Shown piece after piece: positions 11,872 through 25,282 of a DNA stretch of 64,000 bases. The notes below the pieces were generated by a model. The model saw only the letters and a program-made list of their open reading frames with translations, was not told the DNA's origin and did no database searches. The translations under genes and the position numbers were made by a program. The stretch comes from Antedon mediterranea (Eukaryota; Animalia; Echinodermata), in NCBI RefSeq assembly GCF_964355755.1, contig NC_092672.1:15004001-15068000 (forward strand), in the 5' to 3' direction. Position 1 is the first letter of the stretch; every line of letters begins with the position of its first letter.

Positions 11872-14000
11872 TAACTAGCAATTTACCCGCCCCAGGGCAG
11901 CTTTCAAAATTAGTTTTGAAAAGCCTTCTCAGTACATAATACCCAATGCCAGTATCTCCCTATAGTCACTAACCCCCACCCCTCTTCAATAACACCCCAC
12001 ACTCTTTTTTAAAAACAAATTCTTCCCAGGACAAATTCAATGTTAGGCCTGGTAGTATTTTTGAAATTAAATTTTTGTTTTTCATTAAGGTGAAAATAAA
12101 AGTACATTGTAAACTGTGTAAAATACATAGGTGTCATATTGGCTGATAATTAAAATATGTAATTTTGATACTCCTCTCACCATCCCATCCACAATTAACT
12201 AACCTTAACTCATCCCCTGGACAGTTCAAATTTTGTAACTTTTCCTAGTACAATTCACATACTGTACTTCATTACGCCAGTATTTCCGCTCCTCCTTCTC
12301 CCTCCCAACACACCCCAGATACTGGGTGATGTGTTAAACACAGTTCCAGTACAAATTATGTTAGCCATCACTTCCAACCCATAATTCCTCAGTGGCAGTT
12401 TTCAAATGTAGTTTAATACATTCCCAGTACAGTTTCGGTCATGGTGATAGGCCTGCATCCCCACCCCAAATTCCCAGCCCCTTCCAAGGGATAATTAAAC
12501 AACAATTCTGATCAATTTACCCCTAGCCTAAGCAAAATCCTCACTATCCAGCTCTCACACCCAGGCAGATGATGTTCAAATATAGTTTAGAACTTTATCG
12601 GTACAATTGTGGTCATTTACCTCCGCCAAGGAGGTATATGTAATCGGTAGCGTGTGTTTGTTTGTTTGTTTGTTTGTTTGTTTGTTTGTTTGTTTGTTTG
12701 TTTGTTAGCAGGATTACTCAAAAAGTAATTACAAGATCTTTACCAAAATGAATAGACAAGGACCGTTCCATTAAATTTTGGGACCATTTGGGACCACAGT
12801 CCCAATTCTGGACCACTTTTTAGTATACTTGTTTAGACCTGCTACTGTTAAAAGATAGGACAGAATTTTTCAAAAGCCGGCGAGCAGTCTTAAAGTAACA
12901 AGTAAACTGAAATTGCATTTTCTCGAGAACTACTTTTCCAAAAAACTTCATTTTTGAACAAGAGGAAAGCGTTATAATTTGTGATTTGTAATTTTAAAAC
13001 ATAATTTGATTTAATGTGCACGTTTTTTGATGCGAGTAGTTTAAAAAACCTATTTCTTTTCAAATTCACTCGTTTGATTTTCGCGTTGCTGTTCTATTGT
13101 TAGTCAACTGAAGCTATTGTTAATTGAAAGGCTTGTTACATAACCATTACACCAAACTCGCATACACATGCTTGTAATGAAATTAGCCTAAATCACAAAC
13201 AGCATTAAGACACACACAAATATATATATTTTTTTTACCAGAGAAATTTTATGTAGGAGAATTTTACAGTAGGCGGAGGTATGCCCTCTCGGAGTGGCTT
13301 TCTAGTTTTGATATACAACCCCTATGTGAGGTTATGTGCAGTAAAAAAAATGTGTATAACGAACAAACCCGCAGTCCGATGCCAGTATCTCCCTATACTC
13401 ACCATACCAACCATAGGCATGGTTTAAGTACTTTGCAAACTGTGTAAATGAATAGGTGTCATATTGGCTGATGAATAAAATATCTAATTTGGATAATCTG
13501 AATTACCTCTTCCCCAGTCTATATTCTTTCTCCTCTCCCCATCCCACTACAATCACCAAACCTTAACTCCTCCATAGGCAGTTTAAATGTAGTAACTTTT
13601 CCCAGTACAATTCCAATTATGTTTGTATTTCTATTATCTCCACCCTTCCCCTTCCCAACACACCCCATTCTTGGTGAAGTGCATTACGAGTAGATACAAA
13701 TGTAAGAAAATTAAACTTCCAACTTAGCATATTTAAATTACCATATGACGTATATGCAGCCAAATGTCTACACTAGGACTACTCTATAAACACTAGCATC
13801 CCATAGAGAAAAAAAAATAATGAAAAATTCTTTGCAATTTGTTTCATTACATAATTTACTAATTAAATTAATTAATTAGTACTCTCGCACGTAAAATTTA
13901 TGATAAATGGCACCTGGAAATGACACTCTATATCTATCTGCCTACAGTAGTAAACAGCAGTATTTATCCCGCCTATTTTTTCCGCCGGTAACTAAGAATA
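11872..14000 (-). mobile_element. Probable Helentron-associated non-autonomous element (HINE) with internal diverged duplication
   Basis: Minus strand begins TTATTCTTAGTTACCGGCGG and ends GCGGGTAAATTGCTAGTT (CTAGT terminus); segments about 12110-12330 and 13435-13680 are diverged copies. Confidence 0.45.
12616..13306 (+). mobile_element. Helentron/DINE-1-like HINE
   Basis: 5' TTTACCTCCGCC subTIR with adjacent partial inverted repeat GGAGGT, (GTTT)n microsatellite, 3' GGCGGAGGT subTIR, hairpin GCCCTCTCGGAGTGGC, CTAGT end, T-rich flanks. Confidence 0.8.
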
Positions 14001-14089
14001 ACATTTTCTTTCAATGCGAACGTCAGAGGAAGTCCCCAACGAAGGTACTTTCAATATTAAAGCTAATATTATTCTAGCAATTAGGCTAT

Positions 14090-14650
14090 AATCAATTAGT
14101 ACAAATTAATTACTAGGCCTATTATCAATTGATACTTTTAAAAAGTTAGACAAAAAATGTGAAGCTGCTGCTATAAATTGTATTATTTTGAAATAAGTGC
14201 TAAATACGTCGGTAATTAAACCACACTTTCCAAAATTCATTTTCATTTATCCACTATACTCTACAACAGTGTTGCTTAAACCACACTCCAGAAAAGAAAA
14301 TATGATCGAAATTTGCAGAAAGAAGCAATTAAACACTGTTATTTCAAAGTTCAAAACGTCTGCGGAAATTCTGCCCAATATTATGGACGTAGGGAAATGA
14401 AGATAAATATATGGTACTACGGAAATACTTAAATGATGGGGAATCCACGGCAACATGCAATATAGTACGGACAAATCAACAACCCATATGACAGGGTTTC
14501 CACGTACCTTCTCATGACGCACACAAGCAATCTAAACAGTCAGAAATTTATTCTGGGCATGTTCAGAAACATGTATAAACAATTTTTAAAATACGCTAAC
14601 CGCCGCCGTTAAATATTGTGCGCGGTTCATTTTACGCTGCAGTCAGTCAA
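14090..14650. repeat. Dispersed repeat; inverted copy at about 60880-61480
   Basis: About 550 bp of reverse-complement similarity, e.g. GCTTAAACCACACTCCAGAAAAGAAAATATGATC versus GATCATATTTTCTTTTCTGTAGTGTGGTTTAAGC. Confidence 0.8.
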
Positions 14651-14774
14651 TTTGCATACAGTATAGACTCTTCCAACCGTGGACTATAACGTTAATGGTT
14701 AATATATAAGATGAAATGGGATCTAAATTTTAATTTAGTGGCAGAAAAAAAACATTTAGTATGAAATTAAGGGT

Positions 14775-15205
14775 GTTAACAAGTTAGCAAGTTAGGGTTA
14801 TTTTCAACATCCTATCTATACAATACAACACTCAATAATCATCTCCATCAGGAGGTCTGCTTTATTTTCGTAACAACACAAGGGCTCAGGCTCTGGGGAA
14901 AATGTTTTTTACTACAAAATAAAAACAATAGAAACAGAATTTGGCTATACTATATTTAAAAAAAAATGAATGCTGAGGTATGTTTTATTTACAGCAAATT
15001 TTGTCATAATTTTGTAGGGTTGAGATCGGAAATAGTTATGAAAACACGTGGGTAAGAGCACATGAATATGCAACGAGAAACAACCTGAACAACGCATTTT
15101 CGTTGTAACAATAATCATATTTATTATCTATGGGTCTGAACTCATATTTTTCTCTGCGGATTGTAATGTGACCTTGCTAGTAACATTGTACGCTAAAACG
15201 GTAAT
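14775..15205 (+). mobile_element. Truncated older copy of the Harbinger MITE at 25283-26351
   Basis: Colinear similarity to about 25870-26325 (GGGGAAAATGTTTTTTACTACAAAATAAAAACAATAGAAACAG; AAAACACGTGGGTAAGAGCACATGAATATGCAAC). Confidence 0.8.
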
Positions 15206-17627
15206 AATAGCATAATATAGGTAATAATAACAGTAATAATATCTAAAAGTTCTACACCACCTAAAAATCGGGAAAAAAACTTTTAAACAATAGTATACAT
15301 GTATTAATTGTATTGAAAAAAGGATGCTAGCTCTGCATGCTCATGAAGTGTTTGTTGTGATGGCATATCAGACATGGTTGGCTGTCGTAATGGTAAATTT
15401 AACAATGTTTTAAGTTTATGAAAGTAGAAAGAGAACCATTGATTTATTGATATTGACGAAAATGCAGTTTTACTACACATGATGAAATCAAACTTGAATC
15501 ATTGATGCAATGGTAAATGAAGTTTTCATTTAGCATGTAGTTATTTTTAAAGTAAACAATTCCATTTCGTCAACTGGCAACTTAATCAAGAGGTCAATCA
15601 AGAGGTCTCATGGTCACATGATGAATGTTTGATTTTTTTTTTCTTTTTAAGGTTATTGTTGAAAGCTTTTGATTTTTCATACATGGCATCATCACAAAAT
15701 ATGTTGTAGTATGGCTTCAGTACAGCCAATTGCGTATTTGTCCATTTGTTTTTTGTTATTTTCCACTGACTTTTATTCTCAATATGATTATCATTCATTT
15801 TCATGATCTCTGAATGTTAAATGATGACACACTGTACATGTTTAACAAAGTAATGCAAATTTGTGTAAAATTATGCCAACTTTTAATTCAGATCATCACA
15901 ATAAAATACAATCTACTTATATTTTTACTTATTATGGAAGCTATTAAATAATGTGTTACAGTTGACTATTTATATATTTGAACTGACAATCGTTGCGTTC
16001 GTAAATAAAAAGTTACAAACTCACAAACTTAACTAAACAAATATGTAAAACAAGAAAAATATGCATTAACACACATGAACTCTTAAATACAATTAAAAAT
16101 CACTGAAATTATAGAGCAGATTGCTCTTTGTAAAATGTATGGCTCCAACAAAATAACAATTTCAAACTTAAATTACAAGGGAAAAAACAAATATTAACTT
16201 ATGTTTAGTATACAGATCTTAATCTAATATAAAGATTGAATATGTTTAATTTCTAAACTTTTTTTCCAAGCTCTCTTAGCATAAAGTTTACAAAATCTAT
16301 CAAAAAATACAATTTTGCACATTATGCTTTAATGTATCTTTACAAAAACTATATTTCCTTCTTTGAAAAACATGGCATACTGCAAATTTACCTTACTTTG
16401 TACACTTTTAACTACTGTTGCAACGGCGCAGATCCGATTCAAATGTTGAGAGTGACAAACAAAAAAACCATTTTAGTTTACACACTATATACTGTGTACA
16501 TAATAAAGGAAATCACAGTCTTCTTGGCAGAGCTCAGGGGACCGCAAGGCTGGCTCAAGTGAGTTCCTACTCTCGGACTAATTTTAGGCCGTTTTTCAGA
16601 GGAATGAAAATAACTCTTTGCCAAGTAGAGCGAGGTTTTCCCTAGTATTGAGATAAGTTTTGGTCGTTAGAGAAAAAATGTGTATCAGGATCAATATTAG
16701 TTGTAATTAGTTAGTAATTATCAGGATCGACTTAACGTACTTAAAAAAGAGAGAAAAAAAAAGAATCAAAATTGCAATTTAACATTTGGTTAAAATTAAG
16801 TCAACTGATATTGATAAAAAATATGATATGATGAATGAAAACAACAAAAAAATTGTTATTATTTTCCATTCAAAAAGTATATAAGTTATCTTGATGCTTG
16901 GCATTGTTTCCCTGGCTGACCACTTCCTCTTCTCTTCTGTCCACTTCCTCTTCTCTTCTGTCCACTTCATCTTCTTCATGCCTCTCATTCGTGATCCAGC
17001 CACTCTCACCAGTTTAATAATAAAAACATTGTCAAACAAAAGTTAATGATGAAAATAGAAGTAATAATTATGATTATCAAAATAATGATTGATAAATGAA
17101 ATTAATATGATGAATAATATGAAGGAAAAAGAAGAGCGTCTTTTATGAATGTTGTTTTCAGTTATGAGTTTGTGTTAAGTAAGGAGTACTTAGCTGTTTG
17201 TTGATCATTCTTGATTTGGGCGGAAACTCAAAGATGGTTGAGGTCAGAATCTGATCTGATGACGATCTTTTTCTTGTTCTTATAGCAGACAGTGTACTGT
17301 ACACTGTACTCAAAATAAGTCTGGTAAGATGTGAAATATATGCCAATTATGATAATTTCCCCAGTCAGAGTATGGACACTTGACAGAAATTGGTGGTCAT
17401 AAGAAAAAAGATACTCAATAGAATTGATAATTTGTAAACGAAATGTATATACCTTTAGTTACTCCTATAATGATGTAAACAGTTTACAACAATTGGTACT
17501 AATCATAAGAACTTAAGATGCAAGTAATATAATTGTTAAAGAACAGTACTATACATGAATCCTATATACAGTATACAGTACATAAATATAGATATATAAA
17601 TGTTACACCCCGTGTTACACACACAAG

Positions 17628-19245
17628 GGGCCTGTTTCTGCTGCATACAAAATAACCGGTTAAAATCGGTGTGAATAAATTAAAATCGGTGTGAATAAAT
17701 TAACTCCATTTTCTTGGCAGCAGAAACAGGACACATTTGTGGTAACCGGTTAAAAGGCAGCGCAAAATAACCGGTTAAAAACACCAATTTAAATCGGTGT
17801 TAGAACGCCGTTTAACCGGTTATCGCTGAGCAATTCTTAGCTGCAACACGAAATAACGGTTATTTGATTGACAGTTGTGACCCCGGGTCAGATACCGTCG
17901 CATACGGTGCGTGTTTTCCTCGTGGTTTTGACAGTCGAACGAAGAAGTGAACATGTATGTGGATGAATGAAATCACAAGATATGTTATTCAGTTGTGGGG
18001 GGAGAGAAAGTACGGGGAAGGATGGCAGGCAATAGAAAAGAATCACAGATAATAAATAAGAGCATTTTTGCGAAAGTAAAAGAGGAATTTGGGGTGGAGT
18101 TCCGGGGACTACCCAAGCTAAGCAATTTGAGGCGTTAGTACACGCTCGCGAAGGGTATGGATGGTCCTATATTAAAACCAAAACGGAAACAAAAGGGACT
18201 CAGAATGTTGCAAATACCTACCAAACGATAGTAGATAATGGTTAATTAATTATGAAAACCCAAATTTTATAGCAAAAATCATCCGAATTTATGTTATAAA
18301 CGATGAATTTAGCAACAAAAACTTAATCCAAACGAGCGTATTTATGGCACGCCCTTAGTGCCTTTAATAGGAGAACAATGAACAATCTTAATTTGATCGT
18401 TTTATATAATTTTTTTAGAAAAACATCACATCGACCGAAAACAAAGGTTATGAGAGCCTTTGATAATATATTAAATATGATTTTATTAAGCATAGAAATG
18501 TGTTATTATTTATGTTAGTACATAAATATACGAAACAATGTTTAATACTCATTATTCTATTAAAGGCACTATGTGCGTGCGATATTCTATGACTTGGATA
18601 CTCGTTTGATTTAAGTTTTTGTGGCTAAACTCGTTGTTTTTAACATAAATTCGGACGATTTTTGCTATAAAAGTTAGGGTTTCATAATTAATTAACAATT
18701 ATCTACTCTCGTTTGGTAGGTATTCTAAGTCTCGTTTTTGTTTCCGTTTGGTTTTTTGTAGGACCGCGCTCGCAAGACAACAGTCGTTCACGTGGGAAGG
18801 GCCGTATCATCATCGCCTTTGTTGAGGAATTTTAGGCTAGATAAAAATTATCCTAGGCGATCGGGCGCTGCACGACCCTCCCCATGTTATTGAAGGCGCC
18901 ATGAGAATTAATTTTATTAGCGATCAGTAAGTAGGCTTTACAAAAAACAAAACTTGTAGACCTGTAGACAACATTTTATTATTTTAACATGTTTGAGATG
19001 TTCGGCGATATACACACGTGTGTATTGACGACCGACGTCGATGTAAACAAACAGCCAACTTACTACTTCCGTCTGAGTGTATTGCATTTTGGGTAATGAT
19101 GACGTTTTGCTCGACGACCACCCATAGATTTAACCGGTTATTTCGGAGCACAAATTGAGCAGAAACGCGGTCTTGTTATTGTTATCTATTTTTAATCTAT
19201 TTTAAAATAACCGGTTAAATTGCGTTATGCAGCAGAAACAGACCC
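17628..19245. mobile_element. PIF/Harbinger-like non-autonomous element
   Basis: TIR GGGCCTGTTTCTGCTGCATA / TATGCAGCAGAAACAGACCC; 3-bp flanking duplication AAG (17625-27, 19246-48); subterminal TAACCGGTTA repeats. Confidence 0.8.
18163..18765. mobile_element. Foldback/MITE with about 220-bp inverted arms nested in the Harbinger-like element
   Basis: ATACCTACCAAACGA...TTTTATAGCAAAAATCATCCGAATTTATGTTA is mirrored by TAACATAAATTCGGACGATTTTTGCTATAAAA...TCGTTTGGTAGGTAT. Confidence 0.75.
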
Positions 19246-20865
19246 AAGGAAACCATCAATATGAGGTCATCAATCACTGAAACAGTTTCTAAAAGTGACT
19301 GTACCAAGAGACCAAAAGCATAGTTTATCAACTGACGTGACATAGTGGGTGACAGTGAGCAGTGCTTTCAACATTTGTATATATCATGAAAACAGCATCA
19401 GCACAAAAATGGAACAATATCGTCATAGCGAGAATTAATGTTATCAAATCTACGTTTAGATACAATAAGAAAATTTTAGAAAATTACACCTCGATGGCAA
19501 CAAATATACATATAACAAATTCTGGAGTTTTCCGTTAAAAAAGTGAGTGGACCATCCGCCCTAAAAAAAAGATAGACTAGGCAGGGGATATGTCCCTCTT
19601 GTCCTCAGCAACCACTCCCCCCCCCCCAAGTATCTGCGCCATTAGCATCTTGATCTTGGTATTACAGTACTTGCCATTTGATTGATTAATCTCATAAAAG
19701 ATGTTCTATTCAATAGGTTGAATTCATTGCAAAAATCTCATATAAACAATGTGACACCACAAACCAAAGTGTAGAGTGCACCACTGTTTGGCATGGCATT
19801 ATTTGTAGACCTTAATTATCCCATACACATATTAAACAAATTCAAACTAAATAATGTTGAAATTTTGAATGTTTATAATTTGAATGGCACCTGTACCTGA
19901 GGTGTGTTATAATCAATCATATGCATACATTCATTACCAATACAGATTTATCACATTCAGATACTCACTATATCCCATGCATAAATGCATACAAATAGTC
20001 AGTATTATTACAAAATAGATTCTTGTCATTTGATTGGAGGATTGTGAGTCACATGATATTCAATAACAATCCATTGAACACCACGTCATAATATTAATAC
20101 TAATAATAAAACTTTATTTAATCACGGAATATCATCAATAAAATTGGAATTTCAAACATGAATAATGATATGATATGAGTGATAAACACTTGTTTTATAA
20201 TTTAATCTAAATTTTAACATACTATATACAGGTTAAACCAATCTACAACAAATTACAAAAATGATTAAGTAATTAAAAACAGAAAGAAGGAAAAAGAAAA
20301 TATGATCTCTGGTGCGTGTGCATATAATTGAGGGACTAGTGCTCAGCGGGGGCTAAATTCCTCGAATTGAAACCCCCGGAAGCAACGCGTTCTAGCGTCA
20401 TTTGAGGCCATTTTAATCAGATTTAGGGTAGCAACTTTTTCCATTTTTTATAATAGAAAATTAAAATACTGCATGAAAAACACATTGCACTATGTCTGAT
20501 GCGATGACTGTGTCAATTCAATTCTTTCAATTTTAAAAATGGAGTAACCTTTAAAGTTCAAAATATGCCTAGGCCTATATATTTATCGGGTAAATTGTAG
20601 CATAGAAAATATATGCGAACGTAAAACGTACCCACGGGCCAAGAAGTACATTGTTAGTCTTTTTGTTTCGTTCTGTTGAGTGTAATGTTTTTGATAAAAG
20701 GAGAAAATAAAAGTTTTTGAAAAAAAAAAAAAAAAAACATTGTTAGTCGCAGAGGCGTAGGCTGGTGTCTGGGGCTGCAAAAATTGTAAATGCGCGCTTT
20801 TGACTGAACATTTTTGAAAAATAGACCTGCTAGGTCCCCGGAAAATGCACTTATTGTACTTTGAA

Positions 20866-21499
20866 CCCGGGGGGGGGGGGGGTCACTTGTATATAAACCA
20901 AACGGGGGGTGGCAGCAGCCACTTCAAGACATGAGGCACTTGCGCTACCTGTTTTACTGAAAAATACTACGGACTTGAACTACCATTTATTTATTACCAA
21001 AATCCAGTGTTCTCTAAAAAGACGGCAGAAACAAGGCCACGCCAGAGAGGGCGCAATATTTGTACTGGTTCCCACAGCATGATCTGCGCATGGCCAAAGA
21101 GACCGTTCATGGAAAAATCACAAACGTGTTTTGAAAGTTTATCGCGCATCGGCCGCGGGGTGCATACAGTTGAATGATTTTGTCCTAGGCTGGATGTTTC
21201 ATGTTCTTCTGCTGATGTGAAAACTCTAGGCCTATTCAAAGGTATTTAGCGATAGGCCCCGCGATGGGCTTATAGCATCCAGTATGCTAAAATACCTGCA
21301 AAATTTGGCAATAAATCGTGACATTTTGACACGGGTGGGCAGGCTATGGACTTAAACTACTAATTTCACCCTGTCATTTCCCACACTTGTGCTACCAACT
21401 CTTCATATTTTCCCACACTTGTGCTACCAGGCCCTCGAAAATATACCCGTAAATGCGGCACCTCCCCGTATGGAAATATTTAAGAGTGACCCCCCCGGG
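20866..21499. mobile_element. Unclassified DNA-transposon MITE with CCCGGG(G)nTCACT termini and 8-bp TSD
   Basis: CCCGGGG...GGTCACT at 20866 and AGTGACCCCCCCGGG ending at 21499; ACTTTGAA duplicated at 20858-65 and 21500-07. Confidence 0.88.
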
Positions 21500-21915
21500 A
21501 CTTTGAAATATGAAATGAAATTTATAAGTACCCATGAGCAGCTCTATGGTTGGGGCTGAGCTATTTGTAAGGAAGTGAGTAAGTGGATATACAATATAAT
21601 CTTTTACTAAGATAGGCTGGAAGCATATATCTTGTTCTGGACAATGCTTTGTTAATGTGAATATAATGTAAAATCCGGTGCTGCTTTAGGTGCTTTGGAT
21701 CATAATAACACAATATGCATGATGCCAATATACAGGCAATACTTTAAACAATTCAAGCCACCTGTAAATTATATATAAATCATACTGTAAAATTATAGAA
21801 ACATTGCTCATACTCGGAACATGATCTCTTGATAGCGTCGAGCATAGCTCATTGGCGAAAATTGAGAGAATGTATATGTTGGGTGAAAATCTGTGATCCA
21901 ATACCATATATGTAT

Positions 21916-21987
21916 GGCTCTGTGGTCTAGTTGTATGGTACTCGCCCTATAAGCGAGAGGTCGTCAGTTCGAATCCCGCCAGAGACA
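21916..21987 (+). pseudogene. tRNA-like sequence (tRNA-Pro-like pseudogene or SINE head)
   Basis: GGCTCTG/CAGAGAC acceptor stem (6 of 7 pairs), perfect CTCGC/GCGAG anticodon stem, GTTCGAAT loop with a broken T-stem, downstream oligo-T; backbone resembles eukaryotic tRNA-Pro, but the loop is CCTATAA. Confidence 0.65.
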
Positions 21988-23039
21988 TTTTTTTCATACA
22001 ACTAAAAATACGGAGCTTTCGCCAGTGAGATATGCTCGACGCGATTATAAAATGGTGGAGATATTTAGAGCTTAACAGTAGGCCAAACAAAAATATATAT
22101 ATTTTGTTGGCCACGTTTTGGGTAAATCACATAAATGGGTAGGTTGGGTCAGTGGCGTATCCAGGATTTTGAAGTTAGGGAGGCCGGAAATTGCCAATTT
22201 GCCGACAAAATTAATGTCATTACCTGTACATAGGCCTAGGCCTACACCTGATCAATATATGTTCTAGGATTGCATAGTCATGTTGTCTTATAGGGATAAC
22301 GATGCAAAATTAAAACCAAATTAAACATTATCTGTTAGTATGTTGCATTAATATTACAATAAAGAAAGAATTACGAAAATCTGACTTGTAGTTTTCTAAA
22401 TATAGGGTCTAAAACATCGCCGAAAATGATTGTTTTTAGCCACGAAAGAAGTAAAACAATTTGCGGTCACAGTCGACAATTCTATTAACTATGCCATTTT
22501 TGGTTTAAAATAATTACATATAATTACGTTTTTTATTTTTTTAGTAATTTATTTTATTTATCACCATTGGAAATATTAATAAAACATGTTCATTGCTATA
22601 ACTTTGTGTAGTAACGATCAGAGAGACCATGTGAATTTATTGTACACGTATGAGAGAAAACATTCCGCTGTGAGTGATTCGCATCGACCAATCAAATCAG
22701 CCAGAATCCAAATCACGGGAAAGCTCAGCTTTGATTGGCTTACGATGACATCATATCACAAAATGGTGGTTTTGTAGTTGAGCCTCACGGAATATTCTGT
22801 TCCAAAAATGAAATACATGGATATTTGTTATGGTATGTGTGCTTTTTCTTTAAAAAATTTGAATAATAAAGGCCTCATATCGAGAGAAAACCGGGCTTTT
22901 TGGCACTTATAATAAATATATCTTATCTGGGCCCACTTCCCCCCCCCCCCCCCCAGCTGATCGATCACGCAAATAAACAACATGCTTTGAGGGTTGCTCA
23001 TATTCTCACGAGTTGACCAAGCTCAAAATGTTGTCATAG

Positions 23040-23224
23040 TAATTGCTATTTGTGTTGTAGCTAAAAACTGCTCCGCGATAATCGGTTATTTGGCGTTAAA
23101 ACATGCAATCAATTGACTGTTTTAATCGGTTATTTTTTAATCTGTTCAGTCATTTTCTGCAGTTTTTGCTGCGCAAAAATAATCGGCTAATAACCGATTA
23201 TTTCTACTCAGCAGAAACAGGCCC
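23040..23224. mobile_element. Right-end fragment of the 17628-type Harbinger-like family
   Basis: Ends in GCAGAAACAGGCCC with TAATCGGTTA subterminal repeats. Confidence 0.55.
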
Positions 23225-23739
23225 TATGATACTTTCATACATTCTTTAGTTTCGAAGGAAAAGGGTCATAGGGATCCTGAATCCACCTCTTTATTACAGT
23301 AAATATGTGAATGTAATTGTTTGAAATTCAGATTCAGATTCGATTTATTAAGTCATTTCATACATAGTTTAATGATAATTGTTTTCTTGGCAGAAAAACA
23401 CAAGCAAAACAATACACACATAATATTTACATTCAACTTGGAACTAACAACAACAACAACTGATATTGTTGAGAATATGAGATTCATCAGCTTAAATACT
23501 ATTTAATTTAGATATCATTCCATCATTACACATTAATGTGATACCTTTAATTTCGACACCAGTAATTTTGCTTGCATTCCTAACTATTTTGTTTAACAAT
23601 TACTCAAATTTTTTGTTAGACCATTTACTCAAGTTAACACAGCAAAAGCTTAAAACAGATTGAATAACACTTTGATAAAAAAGAAATAAAGAATCACGGC
23701 CTATATTATATTGTTTCAACTTCTATAAGGAATACAGTC

Positions 23740-24032
23740 GCCTAAAGAGGCCTAAAAAAGTGGCCCTTTTTGCCTTTTATTTGGAGGGGAATGCGACCAC
23801 AAGCGTAGACCATTTTCCGTTGGGGAAATCAGTTTATTTCCAAGATGTATAAAATGCGTGCGTACTATCTGGACTTCGATGTACGATGAGAAGTTCATGA
23901 CATACAGGACATTGGAAATGTAATAACTTAGCTATAATAAGATGTTGGCTAAACGAAAATGGCATGTTTTTAGTAATGTAGGCCTACAGTAGGCCTAAAG
24001 CCCCCGTAGCCCCCCCACTGGCGCCACCACTT
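23740..24032. mobile_element. Inverted fragment of the hAT-like family (35936-37575)
   Basis: Reverse-complement match to about 36810-36995; ends in CTGGCGCCACCACT. Confidence 0.65.
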
Positions 24033-24074
24033 TCACTAACATATATTGAAAATAAAAGTGGGGATAACTTCTAC

Positions 24075-24285
24075 AGTAACAAAATTGCTTATCCATGAAC
24101 ATAAATAAGGATTTACATTCATTAATGTCATCAGCTTCCTCAATAGTACACTTGGCCAAATAGTATTGAAAGCGGAACTGTAGTCAATAAACAATGATCT
24201 TACATAACACTTTGTCTTATCTAAGTGCTCATAAATTGGTTGTAAGAGAGTATCCAAAGTAGTATCCTCTACACTTCGGAACAAT
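24075..24285 (-). pseudogene. Non-LTR reverse transcriptase fragment (Rex1/Babar-like)
   Basis: RSVEDT...IYEHLDKTKCYVRSLFIDYSSAFNTI.P..L..KL....VNPYLCSWISNF matches the LINE RT motif LF.DfSSAFNTI; truncated on both sides. Confidence 0.85.
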
Positions 24286-25282
24286 AAGCAAATTGGTATG
24301 TCCGCTTGATACTTCACACATCACATGACCATTTTGAGGATCGTAAATGTTATATATTGTGAGATAACGACTGGGAAATTTCCCCGTATTTCTCTTGTTC
24401 CCATCATTCATATGATCCTGTGAAATCTCAAGTTCAAAATGAGTGTTGACAAAGTGCGAGGCAGCGAGGCATGCGAGGCATGCCAAATATTTGTGCGAGG
24501 CATCATTTTATCATTTCCAAAAGTGCGAGGCATATAGTTTACAATTTCAAAAAGGTGCGAGGCATATCTTAACATGCTATTATGCTATATTATAGGCCTA
24601 ATAATCAATCGATACAAGCGTATCTAAATAGATTCGTGTATACACTCATCATGTTGTTTATTTTTAGGTAACGATTGTTTTTTCAATCAAGTCATATCGT
24701 GTCAAATGTTACTTTTACAAAAGTGCCCAAACTACAGTTAAAAAATCTGAACGACAGTCTTCAACTTTCGATAAACAATAATTGTTATAGCGACACACAT
24801 CAAATGACTGCAATGTTTGTTGGCATTTCGAGCGTGTTCACTCACATGTCTCTCGAACATAGCAGAGTAAAAATAATATTTTGTCACACCCCTGCGCCTA
24901 GATCCGGTAGACCCAAGAGATGGAAAATCCCTCTTTACTATTTAGCAGGTAGCGGAATGATTCAGCCCTCAGCTCAGAGGATTGTGGTGCATTCCCCTCC
25001 TATAGCACGTGGTTTCAGCAGCAACGCACAGACTTCTCTCTGAGCGGCGTGCCAAAGACATTTTTGACATTCCATTCTCTAGGAACAACACGTGTACCTC
25101 TTTCGCAAATAAGGTGAACAGCGATTGCCAGGACAAGTTCAATAACTGGCGGTGAATAAAAGGTAACTGATATGGCGATCCAATAACATGCCGCAAAGAA
25201 AAAAATTGAGCGTGGAGCGCGTGTGAAAAAAGTCTTACGTCCGACAATTGTAATACTAGGCCTAAAATTAAACTTTAGCTAA

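Noticed and set aside
15347-15400. SVCCDGISDMVGCRNG resembling an hAT transposase motif
   Set aside because: Too short and bounded by stops; cannot be distinguished from chance without a search.
16860-17010. Acidic minus-strand peptide (EEDEVDRREEEVDRREEEV)
   Set aside because: Explained by a 21-bp purine-rich duplication; no recognisable domain or splice context.
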